From positions 526 through 64,525 of the forward strand of contig JAQXBH010000093.1 of the NCBI GenBank assembly GCA_029252505.1: 64,000 nt of DNA, in the 5' to 3' direction. The translations under genes and the position numbers were made by a program. The first letter of the stretch is position 1; every line of letters starts with the position of its first letter. Shown here one piece after another: positions 1 to 8,920 of this stretch. Under the pieces are notes generated by a model. The model had not been told where the DNA came from, searched no databases, and saw only the letters and a list, made by a program, of their open reading frames with translations. This DNA comes from Opitutales bacterium. GTDB taxonomy: Bacteria; Verrucomicrobiota; Verrucomicrobiia; Opitutales; Seribacteraceae.

Positions 1-3000
1 TAAGGTCCAGGATCGCTTGGATTTTGCCCCCAAAGTATATCTGCTTCCATCTCTTGGCCATCAGATAACATGACCTTAGCCTTTTGGAATGAAGGAGGAA
101 CTTCACCACCACTAGAAGAACCGAAAAAATATCTCCCAGGTTCAATAATTTTCAATCCAACGACTTCGCCTTCAGAATCAACAATAGCCTCCGCTTTTGC
201 ATCTATCCCCGAACTGCCTGCTGGTTGAATTCCAACAGTAGGACGATTTGAATTTTCGACCTTAAATTTAAAAACATGATTGAGTGGCTTTTCGACTTGC
301 AACCAAACATCGTTCGCAACTAATTGACCACTGATTGTAGGTACATTCACATCACTTGGAGTAACAAGTGGAAGATCGCCAGAAAGACTCGGGATATTCA
401 GGTAGTTATTAAAATTATTTTTTTGGCACTGAAAATACTTTCCTTCATGATAAACAATTTGGCCATAATCGTAAGAAAGGTTAGGAGTCCAATCGTCTCC
501 TTGCTGAGCAGAGCGTGGACCGCTAAGCGTTGTTGAACTACCGACTTTACTAAAATATGCACCCTCTTGAAGTGAATAATCAGGCAAGGTTTGAGATGTC
601 CAATTCGATGCAAAATTAGCGACAGTATTATCAGCAGGAGAAATATCAGTGGCAGTAGTATAATATTTACCATCTTTGTAAGCGTGATCACCTGCGCTAA
701 ATGCAAAACCTTCCTTCCATGTTGTTGCCTCAGTCCAGTTGGTCCCAAAATTTCCCAAAGTATTACTCTCAGCTGTAATTGAGGAATTAGCAAAATAAAG
801 TAATCCGTTCGCAGTCGACATTTCACCAGAAGAAACTGGTACACCAGTTACCCAGGATGCGGGCTTGGTTATATCTTGCTTCGCAATATAAAAATCGTTG
901 TTATCTGGATCGTAAATGTAGTCACCAGACTTTGCCTCAAGCTGTCTAGTAGCCGAATAAATAGGTTCCTTACCTTCAGTAGGTAAAGTATCGCCTAATA
1001 AGAAAACATTCCCATCAGAGCGCTCAGTCAATCCGACAACATTTAATGAAGTACCGCTAAAGTGAGTAGCTTGTATATTTGCATCTGTTAAGGAAAATGA
1101 AAAATCTGACTTAACTGCAAAGTATTTGTTGTTTGCGGAGTCATGAACATACTGACCTTTCTTGAGCTTTACCTGCTCAGGACCGTACCCTACATCAAGT
1201 AAACCGGAAGGTAAAAATACGGAAACCGGATTGGTTGTCGTGCTAACATCTTTGAAGTACTTGTTATTCGCGGGGTTGGCAATCGAGGCGTCTTTAGTTG
1301 CTTCATTTTCAACTGTTGTGGATACATTCAACGCAGATGTACCGAAATTCAAACTTGCTAGTTGCGAGGCGCTAGGAGGATTCGGGGGAGTACCTAATTC
1401 TAGCCAATTGGTAGCAAAGTTGGACTCAGTATTGTTAACAGAAGAAGCGTTGTTAATGGCTTCGTATAATTTACCTTGGTAAGTTGTGGTATCACCTTGG
1501 GAAACCGCTTCACCAGTTTTCCATTCGCCAAGGTGCTTTGATTTTATTTCGTAATAAATACCTTTTGCGTTTGCATCTACTCCATCCCAAACCACATCTC
1601 CCACAGCATACTCTTTTTTAGGGTCAAAAGTACCCCTCATAGAATCAGATGCAACCATAACAGAAGTTCCTTCAGGCGAAATGAAATTACCAGCGAGAAA
1701 CGGAGAGGAATTAAACTTCTCAAGGCTGGCAGGATCCTTTGGCATTGTTGTTGCCGTTGCGGTAGCCTGAGAAAGTACTGAGTTAATGTCTGCAGCTGTT
1801 AAGGAAATTTTCTCATTAGCCAAGTAATATTTATTATTAGTATCATCATGAAGATACTGACCTGCATTAATATCAAAACTTGTTGCCGAAGAAAGTTTTA
1901 GCACCGGTCCGTTGTATGTATGAACATTTCCCTGCGGAGGGAAGCTTTCAACTATATGCTCTAAGTTGGAAGGGTCGACCTGGGTGGAGTCTTGGACCAA
2001 GAAATACCTTCCTTCATGCAAAATTACATCATTGTTTTGAAATTTACCCGTAGATGAAAAGACTTGGCCATTTTCTTTTACAAAACTTCCCTTGATTACA
2101 GAACCACCTTCGGCGGCAGCAACAAGTTTGTATTCTAAAGTTTCTGGATCAAAAAATACCGCTGAATCACTTTCAGATGAATTAATTGAAAATTCGTTTA
2201 CAGGAACTGCAATTCGTTTAACAACATTAGCTAAATCTGTGGCAAGAGCAGCACCTGGGTTGCTAGATTGCTGATATTCTTGAATCTTGCTGGCCACAAG
2301 AATCGATTGCGCATGTGCATTGGCACTTGTAACATCAGCAAATAACTTTCCATCGGGAGTTGAGTAATAAAAGCGATTAGTAGTTCCTGTAACCTCCAAG
2401 TTCCAGTCTTCTCTTGGAACATCGTAACCCGAACCAATTTCCGTCCAATAATCAGTTCCACTGTTTACAGGGGAATGATTTACATTATCCGAACCAATTG
2501 ACTCGAAAAATCTTCCTTCATGTTCAACAATATCTCCCTGTTTGTAAATCGTCAAACGCCTCCAATTCTCCGTGTGCTCGACAGCCAAATTTGATGCGCC
2601 ACTAACTTGGGCAGAAGTAACCGTTAGGTCCCTACTCCAATCACTTCCTTTTACGGAAGAATCAACAATTGCTTTTTCTGACTGAGTAAGTTCCGAATAT
2701 TTGACACCAGGAAACCTAGACGCAGTTTCTATGTTTAACTTTTCTTCCAGTTGCTCAGGGAAATAGTAATTGGGATTCCATTTCGTGGTGTAAGAAGAAG
2801 ATGCTTGATAAGATTCTCCAACACTTCCATGGATGAGTAAATTGCCGTTTGCTGCAATTTCAGCATTAAGAGAAGCTTTTGTGTTTCTGAAAGAATCTGA
2901 AGTTGTTGAACCTCTCACGAATGCCTTATACTCTGAGGTTTCATAGGAAAGAGAATCCGAAACTAACTCAGAATCGTTGTTAATCAGATCTTTCAATCGC

Positions 3001-3614
3001 AGGGCAATGTTGTCGGTGCTTAGGCCTTTGATTTTAGATTGAACCACATACTCTCGACCGTTTAACGAAAAATTGACCACTTCACCCTGATCGATTCTTC
3101 TTTTTCCGTCGTTACCAAGAGTGCCCACTTCATTAAAGGTAAAGGTCTTCTGTTCGCGTTTACCAAGCAATATTTCGGAGTTACCATAATCAGGTTTTAA
3201 CTTGGTTCCTCCAAAAAGTGCCTGTTTTCGATGTGTCGAGTTGACTCGATTAAGTGCTTCCTCGATTAACTGATTGAGCTCAAAACCATAGGTTTCCATT
3301 GCTGGGCCATTAAGACTCGAACCGGCAGTTCTGGCAATTTCTTGACCCCGTTGATTGAGTTCACGCAGTTTATCTAAATTTAGATAACCCGCATCCAAAT
3401 ATTCCTTAGCGTAGGAAGCATTCCTTTGGTATTGGGTTAATTGACCCTTTTGAGTCTCCATTTGGATGACACGACCTAAACGCATCCCGTCGTCTTCTGG
3501 TAAAGTCAGTTTTTGCCCACTTGTGATTTGTGCATCAAGCTTAAATCTTTGTTGATCAAGTTCTTTTATCTTTTGGATAATCGAATTACTTGAACTTATA
3601 TTGGGCAACCTCAT
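1..3614 (-). CDS. flgL: Giant flagellar hook-associated protein 3 (FlgL) with CBM5/12-like repeats; 3' end lies outside the window (>1204 aa)
   Basis: Not in the ORF track because there is no stop in the window. Hand translation from ATG 3614 gives MRLPNISSSNSIIQKIKELDQQRFKLDAQITSGQKLTLPEDDGMR...NSTHRKQALFGGTK (flagellin/FlgL N-domain motifs Q-x-x-SG-x-K-x3-P-x-DD and LFGG). The frame is open in every segment checked down to position 1. It starts 3 bp after the flgK stop. Confidence 0.88.
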   Translation of the reverse strand, partial: MRLPNISSSNSIIQKIKELDQQRFKLDAQITSGQKLTLPEDDGMRLGRVIQMETQKGQLTQYQRNASYAKEYLDAGYLNLDKLRELNQRGQEIARTAGSSLNGPAMETYGFELNQLIEEALNRVNSTHRKQALFGGTKLKPDYGNSEILLGKREQKTFTFNEVGTLGNDGKRRIDQGEVVNFSLNGREYVVQSKIKGLSTDNIALRLKDLINNDSELVSDSLSYETSEYKAFVRGSTTSDSFRNTKASLNAEIAANGNLLIHGSVGESYQASSSYTTKWNPNYYFPEQLEEKLNIETASRFPGVKYSELTQSEKAIVDSSVKGSDWSRDLTVTSAQVSGASNLAVEHTENWRRLTIYKQGDIVEHEGRFFESIGSDNVNHSPVNSGTDYWTEIGSGYDVPREDWNLEVTGTTNRFYYSTPDGKLFADVTSANAHAQSILVASKIQEYQQSSNPGAALATDLANVVKRIAVPVNEFSINSSESDSAVFFDPETLEYKLVAAAEGGSVIKGSFVKENGQVFSSTGKFQNNDVILHEGRYFLVQDSTQVDPSNLEHIVESFPPQGNVHTYNGPVLKLSSATSFDINAGQYLHDDTNNKYYLANEKISLTAADINSVLSQATATATTMPKDPASLEKFNSSPFLAGNFISPEGTSVMVASDSMRGTFDPKKEYAVGDVVWDGVDANAKGIYYEIKSKHLGEWKTGEAVSQGDTTTYQGKLYEAINNASSVNNTESNFATNWLELGTPPNPPSASQLASLNFGTSALNVSTTVENEATKDASIANPANNKYFKDVSTTTNPVSVFLPSGLLDVGYGPEQVKLKKGQYVHDSANNKYFAVKSDFSFSLTDANIQATHFSGTSLNVVGLTERSDGNVFLLGDTLPTEGKEPIYSATRQLEAKSGDYIYDPDNNDFYIAKQDITKPASWVTGVPVSSGEMSTANGLLYFANSSITAESNTLGNFGTNWTEATTWKEGFAFSAGDHAYKDGKYYTTATDISPADNTVANFASNWTSQTLPDYSLQEGAYFSKVGSSTTLSGPRSAQQGDDWTPNLSYDYGQIVYHEGKYFQCQKNNFNNYLNIPSLSGDLPLVTPSDVNVPTISGQLVANDVWLQVEKPLNHVFKFKVENSNRPTVGIQPAGSSGIDAKAEAIVDSEGEVVGLKIIEPGRYFFGSSSGGEVPPSFQKAKVMLSDGQEMEADILWGQNPSDPGP
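600..719 (-). repeat. 40-aa CBM5/12-like repeat in FlgL (WKEGFAFSAGDHAYKDGKYYTTATDISPADNTVANFASNW)
   Basis: Hand translation; same W-to-W spacing and NT-x-x-NF-x-x-NW ending as the copies at 735-854 and 1404-1523. Confidence 0.75.
735..854 (-). repeat. 40-aa CBM5/12-like repeat in FlgL (WVTGVPVSSGEMSTANGLLYFANSSITAESNTLGNFGTNW)
   Basis: Hand translation; tandem with the copy at 600-719. Confidence 0.7.
1404..1523 (-). repeat. 40-aa CBM5/12-like repeat in FlgL (WKTGEAVSQGDTTTYQGKLYEAINNASSVNNTESNFATNW)
   Basis: Hand translation; W-x8-GD-x3-Y-x-G-x-x-Y-x-A pattern. Confidence 0.75.
2445..2564 (-). repeat. 40-aa CBM5/12-like repeat in FlgL (WRRLTIYKQGDIVEHEGRFFESIGSDNVNHSPVNSGTDYW)
   Basis: Best match to the ChtBD3/CBM5/12 consensus W-x5-Y-x2-GD-x-V-x-(Y/H)-x-G-x2-(Y/F)...N...P...W. 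Confidence 0.78.
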
Positions 3615-3617
3615 AAA

Positions 3618-6600
3618 TTATTTTAAAAGACCCATTACAACAAGTTCGAGCATTTTGTCGAGCGTATTTAACACTCTAGAAGAGGCCTGGAACGACCGTT
3701 GAAATTGCATAAGGTCAGCAACTTCTTCATCAATTGATACTGAGCTAACTGAATTTCTTTGTTCTAGCAATAATGTTTCAATCGTATTTTGATGATCTAT
3801 ATTATCACTCAAGTCGGAAAGCGAATTGCCTATATCCGCGTTGATATCAGATATATCTTTTGCAAATTCGTTATTACCTAGCTCTGCAATAGCAAGCGCA
3901 ATTTCATTGGAACCCTGATCAAAATCCGCACTCGCAACAATGCTGTCAGCACTGAGATTATTATCAACAATGAGGGAGCTAGCCAAATTCCAACTATTTT
4001 CAAGAACTGTATCGAAAGAAAAATTATCTCCCAATAAAAACTCACTATCACCCTGCTCTAACCTAAAGGGCACATTTTCATAAGCAAGCATAACGGAACG
4101 TCCATCATCAGCGGTACCAATTAGTAAATCTGCACCCGCATAGGTGGAATCAGTTTCCATGGTAACATTTTGCATCTTCTTAGCACTTCCATAAAATGTG
4201 TAAAGCGATCCTGAACTTGAATCCTCTAACTGGATCTGCCCTTCGGTAGTGTCGCGAATAATATATCCAGTCCCTTCGAATTGTTCTCTTAATTCAACTG
4301 GAATCACTGGAGTCGTACTCGTTACAGTAAATGTGTCGTTTTCAGCGTAAGCAAGTGTCATTGAAACTTCATTCCTAAACAACTTCATCTCTCCGTTACC
4401 CTCAACTCCATATAAACCAAACTCTTCCTCCATAATCACATTTCGACCCATGGTAGGTCGGGTCAAATTTGCTTCAAAGCCAAACAGATATTCTCCTGGA
4501 GCGTCCTGAGGGTTATAGATTCCGTTCACTTGTGTTACAAATTTAGAAACCAAATCATTGAGAGAAACTCTGAAATCTTCCAGCTCAACCTGACGGGAGT
4601 GTTGATACCCGTGTAAGGAACCAGATTTTAAATCAATCTCCAATCCATTAACAAATAAGGCATCAGTCGAGGGCAAGTCTTTGGATTGTTGAAGAATGTG
4701 AAAACTCTTAATTTCTCCATCTTGAATAATGGCTTCGGCGACTCCGATATTGAGTTCCTGTAATGAACCATTGGAGATATTTAATCCGCCTGGGTTTGCT
4801 TTTCGTAGGACAGAAGTAACCGGAAGTCCAGAATCAGCATCAGGAGTAAAAATATGAAAATTATTTTTCCAATTAGCGTCGTTGGGATTAAATGTATTAA
4901 TTTCTGCATCACCAACGATGGGGTTTGGTTTTGCTTTGACCAAAAAATGAGTACTAGATGTCTCATCATAATAAATTCCACCCGAGTTAAAATTCATTTG
5001 AAGCTCGGTAGCCTCAACTCCATTTGTAACAATAGTTACATTTTCTGGCAAAGACTGAACAGTGGATATAGTATCATCAACAAAGGAGTTTACCTTGATA
5101 AAGTTAGCGGAGGAATGTGGTAGCTCAGTTGTTGCCGCTGATACATTTGAAACTGCCATATAAAAATCTCCACCCGTACCAGAAGGTGCATTCGGATCTA
5201 TAAATGAAATAACCGAACCTGCTGTAAGGTCGTTTCCATCAGGCCATGACATATTTAATTCTTCAGATTTCTTGGGTAGCGTTGCCCCAAGAGTGACGAT
5301 TCCAGATTGATCAACAGTACCCGCAGTAGTTACTAAGGAAGAAATCTCAGTAGCTCTGGGAATCGTTTTCGTTGCTTGGTAGTAATTATTCTCAAAGAGA
5401 AAAACTTCACCATTAGAATAGTTCCTTGAACTGAGAGTAGCGTTAGTCAAAGGATCGACGACACCAACTTCATTCGATACTGGACCAACCCCGGTAGTTG
5501 CTTGATAGACTTTGCCCTCGTAATAAATCTGTTTACCCTTAGGGATAAAATCAACATCGGAAAAAGTTCTCTTGGTCTCAATTACAATCCCATTGGGTGG
5601 ATTTGAAATAGCCAAAAACCTCGATTCGTCTGTTAGCAAATCTCCCTTTTGTGTATCGACTAAAGCTTGATAGTAACTCTCCCCTTCATAAAAAACTTCT
5701 CCAATCTTTCGAGCAGCAGAAGAAGGATCAACTGGTATAGTACTCGCAATATCGCCCCCCGCCTGAGCGGCAATCTCATTGCCCGCGTCAACTGCTTGGT
5801 TTGCCATTTGAATAGCTGCGACCTGTTCATTTGCTGCGGCATTTTCCTCCTGATTAACCAGATCTGCTTTTTCTTGTACAACAAGAGGTTCGTTTGGCTT
5901 CGGAGGCAACAGACTCACTAAGAAAGGACCATCAGAATCGTTGTACTTAGAACCGCCCTTTAGAACTTCAAGTCTGCCTAACTGTCCATTGGAATCAATT
6001 TTGGCACGGACAACCGCTGCTGTACCGGCAGCATCCTGAGGACCCGCAATTGTAAACTCCTGCCCCCATTGATTAGTAAGAGACTTTGAACCTTTAGAAT
6101 CTAAAATATTAATCTTTTCATCATTTTTTCCTTCGATGAAAAGGTTTACAAAACCAGAGGGTTTACCAGTAGTCGCGGAAACATCATCTTCTTGAGTAAA
6201 ATTAATGTAACTTCCCAATTCCTCAAATAACTTTTGTCTTTGGTCCCGGTAGGAAACTGCTTTTCCTTGATCAAGGAGCTCAAAACGCCGAACTTGGGTA
6301 TTTGCTTCGTGGATTTGACCTAATAAAATATTAATTTTTTCAGTTGATCTTGTAATCACTTCTGAAACATCCTCTTCAATCTGCTCAAGGCTTTGCCCAG
6401 CCTCATTAAAGCGCTTGGTTAAGGTTTCAATCTTATGATAAAGTTCTTGTTTGATAGTCGGTTCATAAGGAGAAGCCGAAAGTTCCTGGAAGGTGTTAAA
6501 AAAATCGTTTAACGCACGGGTTAAACTACCGGGGGCTAAATCGCTGTCATGCAAATCATCCAGTCCAACATTAACTCCTTGACGATTAATTTTCTCTCCC

Positions 6601-6902
6601 AATGCAGCCTGTAACAATTGCAAAATTTCCTGCTGTGCAGCCAATGATTCGGAGTCCCCTTTTTCGTTAATAACCCGGGCATCTAAGATTTGATTCCTGG
6701 CATGATCGACTCCACCAGTCTCTAATCCGGATGAAAGCAGACCCCCAAACGAAGTATGCATGACTCCTTCTCGAGCCAAGACCCTTTGTCGTGCATAATT
6801 TTCGTCATTAACATGAGCTAAATTTTGACCCGCTACTTCTGCTGTTCTTGCATGATAGCGAAGAGCTTCCGAGCTTTTGCTTATTTCTCCAAGTAATCCC
6901 AC
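3618..6902 (-). CDS. flgK: Enlarged flagellar hook-associated protein 1 (FlgK), 1094 aa
   Basis: N-terminal GQNLAHVNDENYARQRV and C-terminal SVSSVSIDEEVADLMQFQRSFQASSRVLNTLDKML are FlgK motifs; lies between flgN and flgL. Confidence 0.93.
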   Translation of the reverse strand: MGLLGEISKSSEALRYHARTAEVAGQNLAHVNDENYARQRVLAREGVMHTSFGGLLSSGLETGGVDHARNQILDARVINEKGDSESLAAQQEILQLLQAALGEKINRQGVNVGLDDLHDSDLAPGSLTRALNDFFNTFQELSASPYEPTIKQELYHKIETLTKRFNEAGQSLEQIEEDVSEVITRSTEKINILLGQIHEANTQVRRFELLDQGKAVSYRDQRQKLFEELGSYINFTQEDDVSATTGKPSGFVNLFIEGKNDEKINILDSKGSKSLTNQWGQEFTIAGPQDAAGTAAVVRAKIDSNGQLGRLEVLKGGSKYNDSDGPFLVSLLPPKPNEPLVVQEKADLVNQEENAAANEQVAAIQMANQAVDAGNEIAAQAGGDIASTIPVDPSSAARKIGEVFYEGESYYQALVDTQKGDLLTDESRFLAISNPPNGIVIETKRTFSDVDFIPKGKQIYYEGKVYQATTGVGPVSNEVGVVDPLTNATLSSRNYSNGEVFLFENNYYQATKTIPRATEISSLVTTAGTVDQSGIVTLGATLPKKSEELNMSWPDGNDLTAGSVISFIDPNAPSGTGGDFYMAVSNVSAATTELPHSSANFIKVNSFVDDTISTVQSLPENVTIVTNGVEATELQMNFNSGGIYYDETSSTHFLVKAKPNPIVGDAEINTFNPNDANWKNNFHIFTPDADSGLPVTSVLRKANPGGLNISNGSLQELNIGVAEAIIQDGEIKSFHILQQSKDLPSTDALFVNGLEIDLKSGSLHGYQHSRQVELEDFRVSLNDLVSKFVTQVNGIYNPQDAPGEYLFGFEANLTRPTMGRNVIMEEEFGLYGVEGNGEMKLFRNEVSMTLAYAENDTFTVTSTTPVIPVELREQFEGTGYIIRDTTEGQIQLEDSSSGSLYTFYGSAKKMQNVTMETDSTYAGADLLIGTADDGRSVMLAYENVPFRLEQGDSEFLLGDNFSFDTVLENSWNLASSLIVDNNLSADSIVASADFDQGSNEIALAIAELGNNEFAKDISDINADIGNSLSDLSDNIDHQNTIETLLLEQRNSVSSVSIDEEVADLMQFQRSFQASSRVLNTLDKMLELVVMGLLK

Positions 6903-6915
6903 AATATTCTATTTG

Positions 6916-7446
6916 TTAAGCAGACTCGTTGAGGGAGGAGCGATTGGTAGAAGACAATCTCCTTATATCCCCAGTACGGTTGTAAGTTTTAGAATGAGAC
7001 TTCGGGTCTGTTACCGAGAGTAACTGATCAGTAACTTCGGAAAGACGAGCAAGAATTTTTTGATTTTGAGCAATCCTATGTCTAATTTGAGAAATAAGTT
7101 TATTGATTTCTTCAATTATGCTTTGAAACATGGGCTGTGTAACTACTGGAAAATGTTCTACCAATTGGTTTAAACTCGAATCACTGGGTTCGCCCATGGA
7201 GTTGGCAAGTGAGATAACAAATCCGTGTCTTCTTTTTTGAAGTATCTGACTTGCTTCCATTTGTGTTTGAACCGACTGATTGATTTCCATTAAACTTTCT
7301 GTACGACGATCAAGAATACTCTGCTGCTGTGCACTCAGTAGTCCCACCAAGCCACCATATTCCTGCAATTCATCTCTAAGTAAAGTGAGTAAATCTTCCC
7401 ATGTAAAGGTTAGATTCGAGTGAGGCTTTTGTGCAAGTTGAACCAT
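6916..7446 (-). CDS. flgN: Flagellar export chaperone FlgN
   Basis: Helical 176-aa protein (LLSAQQQSIL, AQNQKIL, TYNRTG) immediately upstream of flgK. Confidence 0.8.
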   Translation of the reverse strand: MVQLAQKPHSNLTFTWEDLLTLLRDELQEYGGLVGLLSAQQQSILDRRTESLMEINQSVQTQMEASQILQKRRHGFVISLANSMGEPSDSSLNQLVEHFPVVTQPMFQSIIEEINKLISQIRHRIAQNQKILARLSEVTDQLLSVTDPKSHSKTYNRTGDIRRLSSTNRSSLNESA

Positions 7447-7453
7447 TTCTATA

Positions 7454-7798
7454 TTATTTAATTTCTTTATCTACTGGTTCAGAGGAATCATCACTAGTCT
7501 GGAGTTGTTGCTGGAGAATAGTCGAAACTCCAAAACCACCACCGCTGGCAATACTTTCTGAAATCGCATCAGTGAAAAAATGGCGGTACATGCGGTGAGC
7601 CCCACCATCTTCATTAAAAACACCCTTAAACATTGGTTTGAGCGCTTCCTTTAAAAACTGTTTTACCAATACAGATTCAAATTGGTCACTCACTGCTGCT
7701 ACTTTCTGATTATGGGTGGTATTTTTGGAGTGTGCCATCTCCATAAGCATGGAAGAATCCATACCTACATACTGCTTACCAATATCTTGTGCTTCCAT
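7454..7798 (-). CDS. flgJ: FlgJ rod-binding protein (no muramidase domain)
   Basis: QFESVLVKQFLKEA...ESIASGGGFGVSTILQQQL rod-binding motif; follows flgI; 114 aa. Confidence 0.85.
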   Translation of the reverse strand: MEAQDIGKQYVGMDSSMLMEMAHSKNTTHNQKVAAVSDQFESVLVKQFLKEALKPMFKGVFNEDGGAHRMYRHFFTDAISESIASGGGFGVSTILQQQLQTSDDSSEPVDKEIK

Positions 7799-7800
7799 GA

Positions 7801-8916
7801 TTAATTAATGATGAGTTCCGCTTGCAACGCTCCAGCATTCTTGATGGATTGTAAAATTGATGTCATCTCCCTTGTAGTTAATCCGAGTTTATTCAATGCA
7901 GAAGCAAGCTCGTTCACGGTCGATGCTCCAGGTGGATCAAGTTCGTCAAGTGCTTCAAAACGACCAACCTCTTCTATTAATTCAGCATTTTCACCCTGTA
8001 AAATTGTGGTTGCCCCTTGCGAGAAGGGTAAGGGTTGACTTACTCCAGTAGTGGGATTCAAGAAAATTGTTACATTACTACTACTCACCGCGACAGGTGA
8101 GATACGAACGCTTTGAGTGGCAACGATTGTCCCGGTTCGTTCATTAATGATAACACGAGCAGGCACATCTGGTTTTACATCGATACCACCAACTGCAGCG
8201 AGGAAATTAGTTGTCTGTCCACGAAAATCAACCGGTAACTGGACATTTACTACTCCACCATCTACCGCCAGCGAAGTTCCGGGATAGTACTTATTGACCG
8301 CATCAGCGATCTTAACTGCCGTTAAAGCATCCGGTGATCGTAGTATGAGTTCAATCTCGTTGCCAGAATTTAAAATTTTACTTTCAATTTCTCTCTCCAC
8401 TAGTCCTCCATTGCTCACTATCCCAACTGTCGGGTGGTTAACTTGAACATTTGCACCTCCTCCACCACCTGCTGAAAGTCCTCCTATTGAAACTGCACCT
8501 TGTGCAACCGTGTACACATTTCCATCTGCACCGTATAATGGAGTTTGTAATAAAATTCCGCCCTGCAAAGAATCAGCATTACCGATCGATGATACTGTAA
8601 CATCCATACGGGATCCTTCTTTTGCAAAAGGACCAATATCGGCGGTGACCATAACGGCAGCAATATTTCGAGATTTGTCGGCTTTATCGGCACGAATACC
8701 CAAAGTTTCCAATGCATTTAAAATTCCAAGTTCAGTATATTCAATGCGGGAATCTCCCTGCCCCGAAAGTCCAGTAACAATACCATAACCATATAATTGG
8801 TTGCTTCGACTTCCCCGAACATCGGTTAGATCTTTTATACGAGCACCATAAACTGAAAAAGATGCCAATAAAACGAGGCAACTAAATAAGGACTTTATTG
8901 GTAGTGTAATTCTCAT
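7801..8916 (-). CDS. flgI: Flagellar P-ring protein FlgI
   Basis: ARIKDL, NQLYGYGIVTGLSGQGD, NIAAVMVTA, INERTGTIV, GALQAELII. Start moved to ATG 8916 (signal peptide) to avoid overlap with flgH. Confidence 0.97.
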   Translation of the reverse strand: MRITLPIKSLFSCLVLLASFSVYGARIKDLTDVRGSRSNQLYGYGIVTGLSGQGDSRIEYTELGILNALETLGIRADKADKSRNIAAVMVTADIGPFAKEGSRMDVTVSSIGNADSLQGGILLQTPLYGADGNVYTVAQGAVSIGGLSAGGGGGANVQVNHPTVGIVSNGGLVEREIESKILNSGNEIELILRSPDALTAVKIADAVNKYYPGTSLAVDGGVVNVQLPVDFRGQTTNFLAAVGGIDVKPDVPARVIINERTGTIVATQSVRISPVAVSSSNVTIFLNPTTGVSQPLPFSQGATTILQGENAELIEEVGRFEALDELDPPGASTVNELASALNKLGLTTREMTSILQSIKNAGALQAELIIN

Positions 8917-8920
8917 TTGT

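Noticed and set aside
324-2605. Short ORFs listed in the track at 324-2605
   Set aside because: All are antisense or out-of-frame shadows of the long flgL frame (1-3614).
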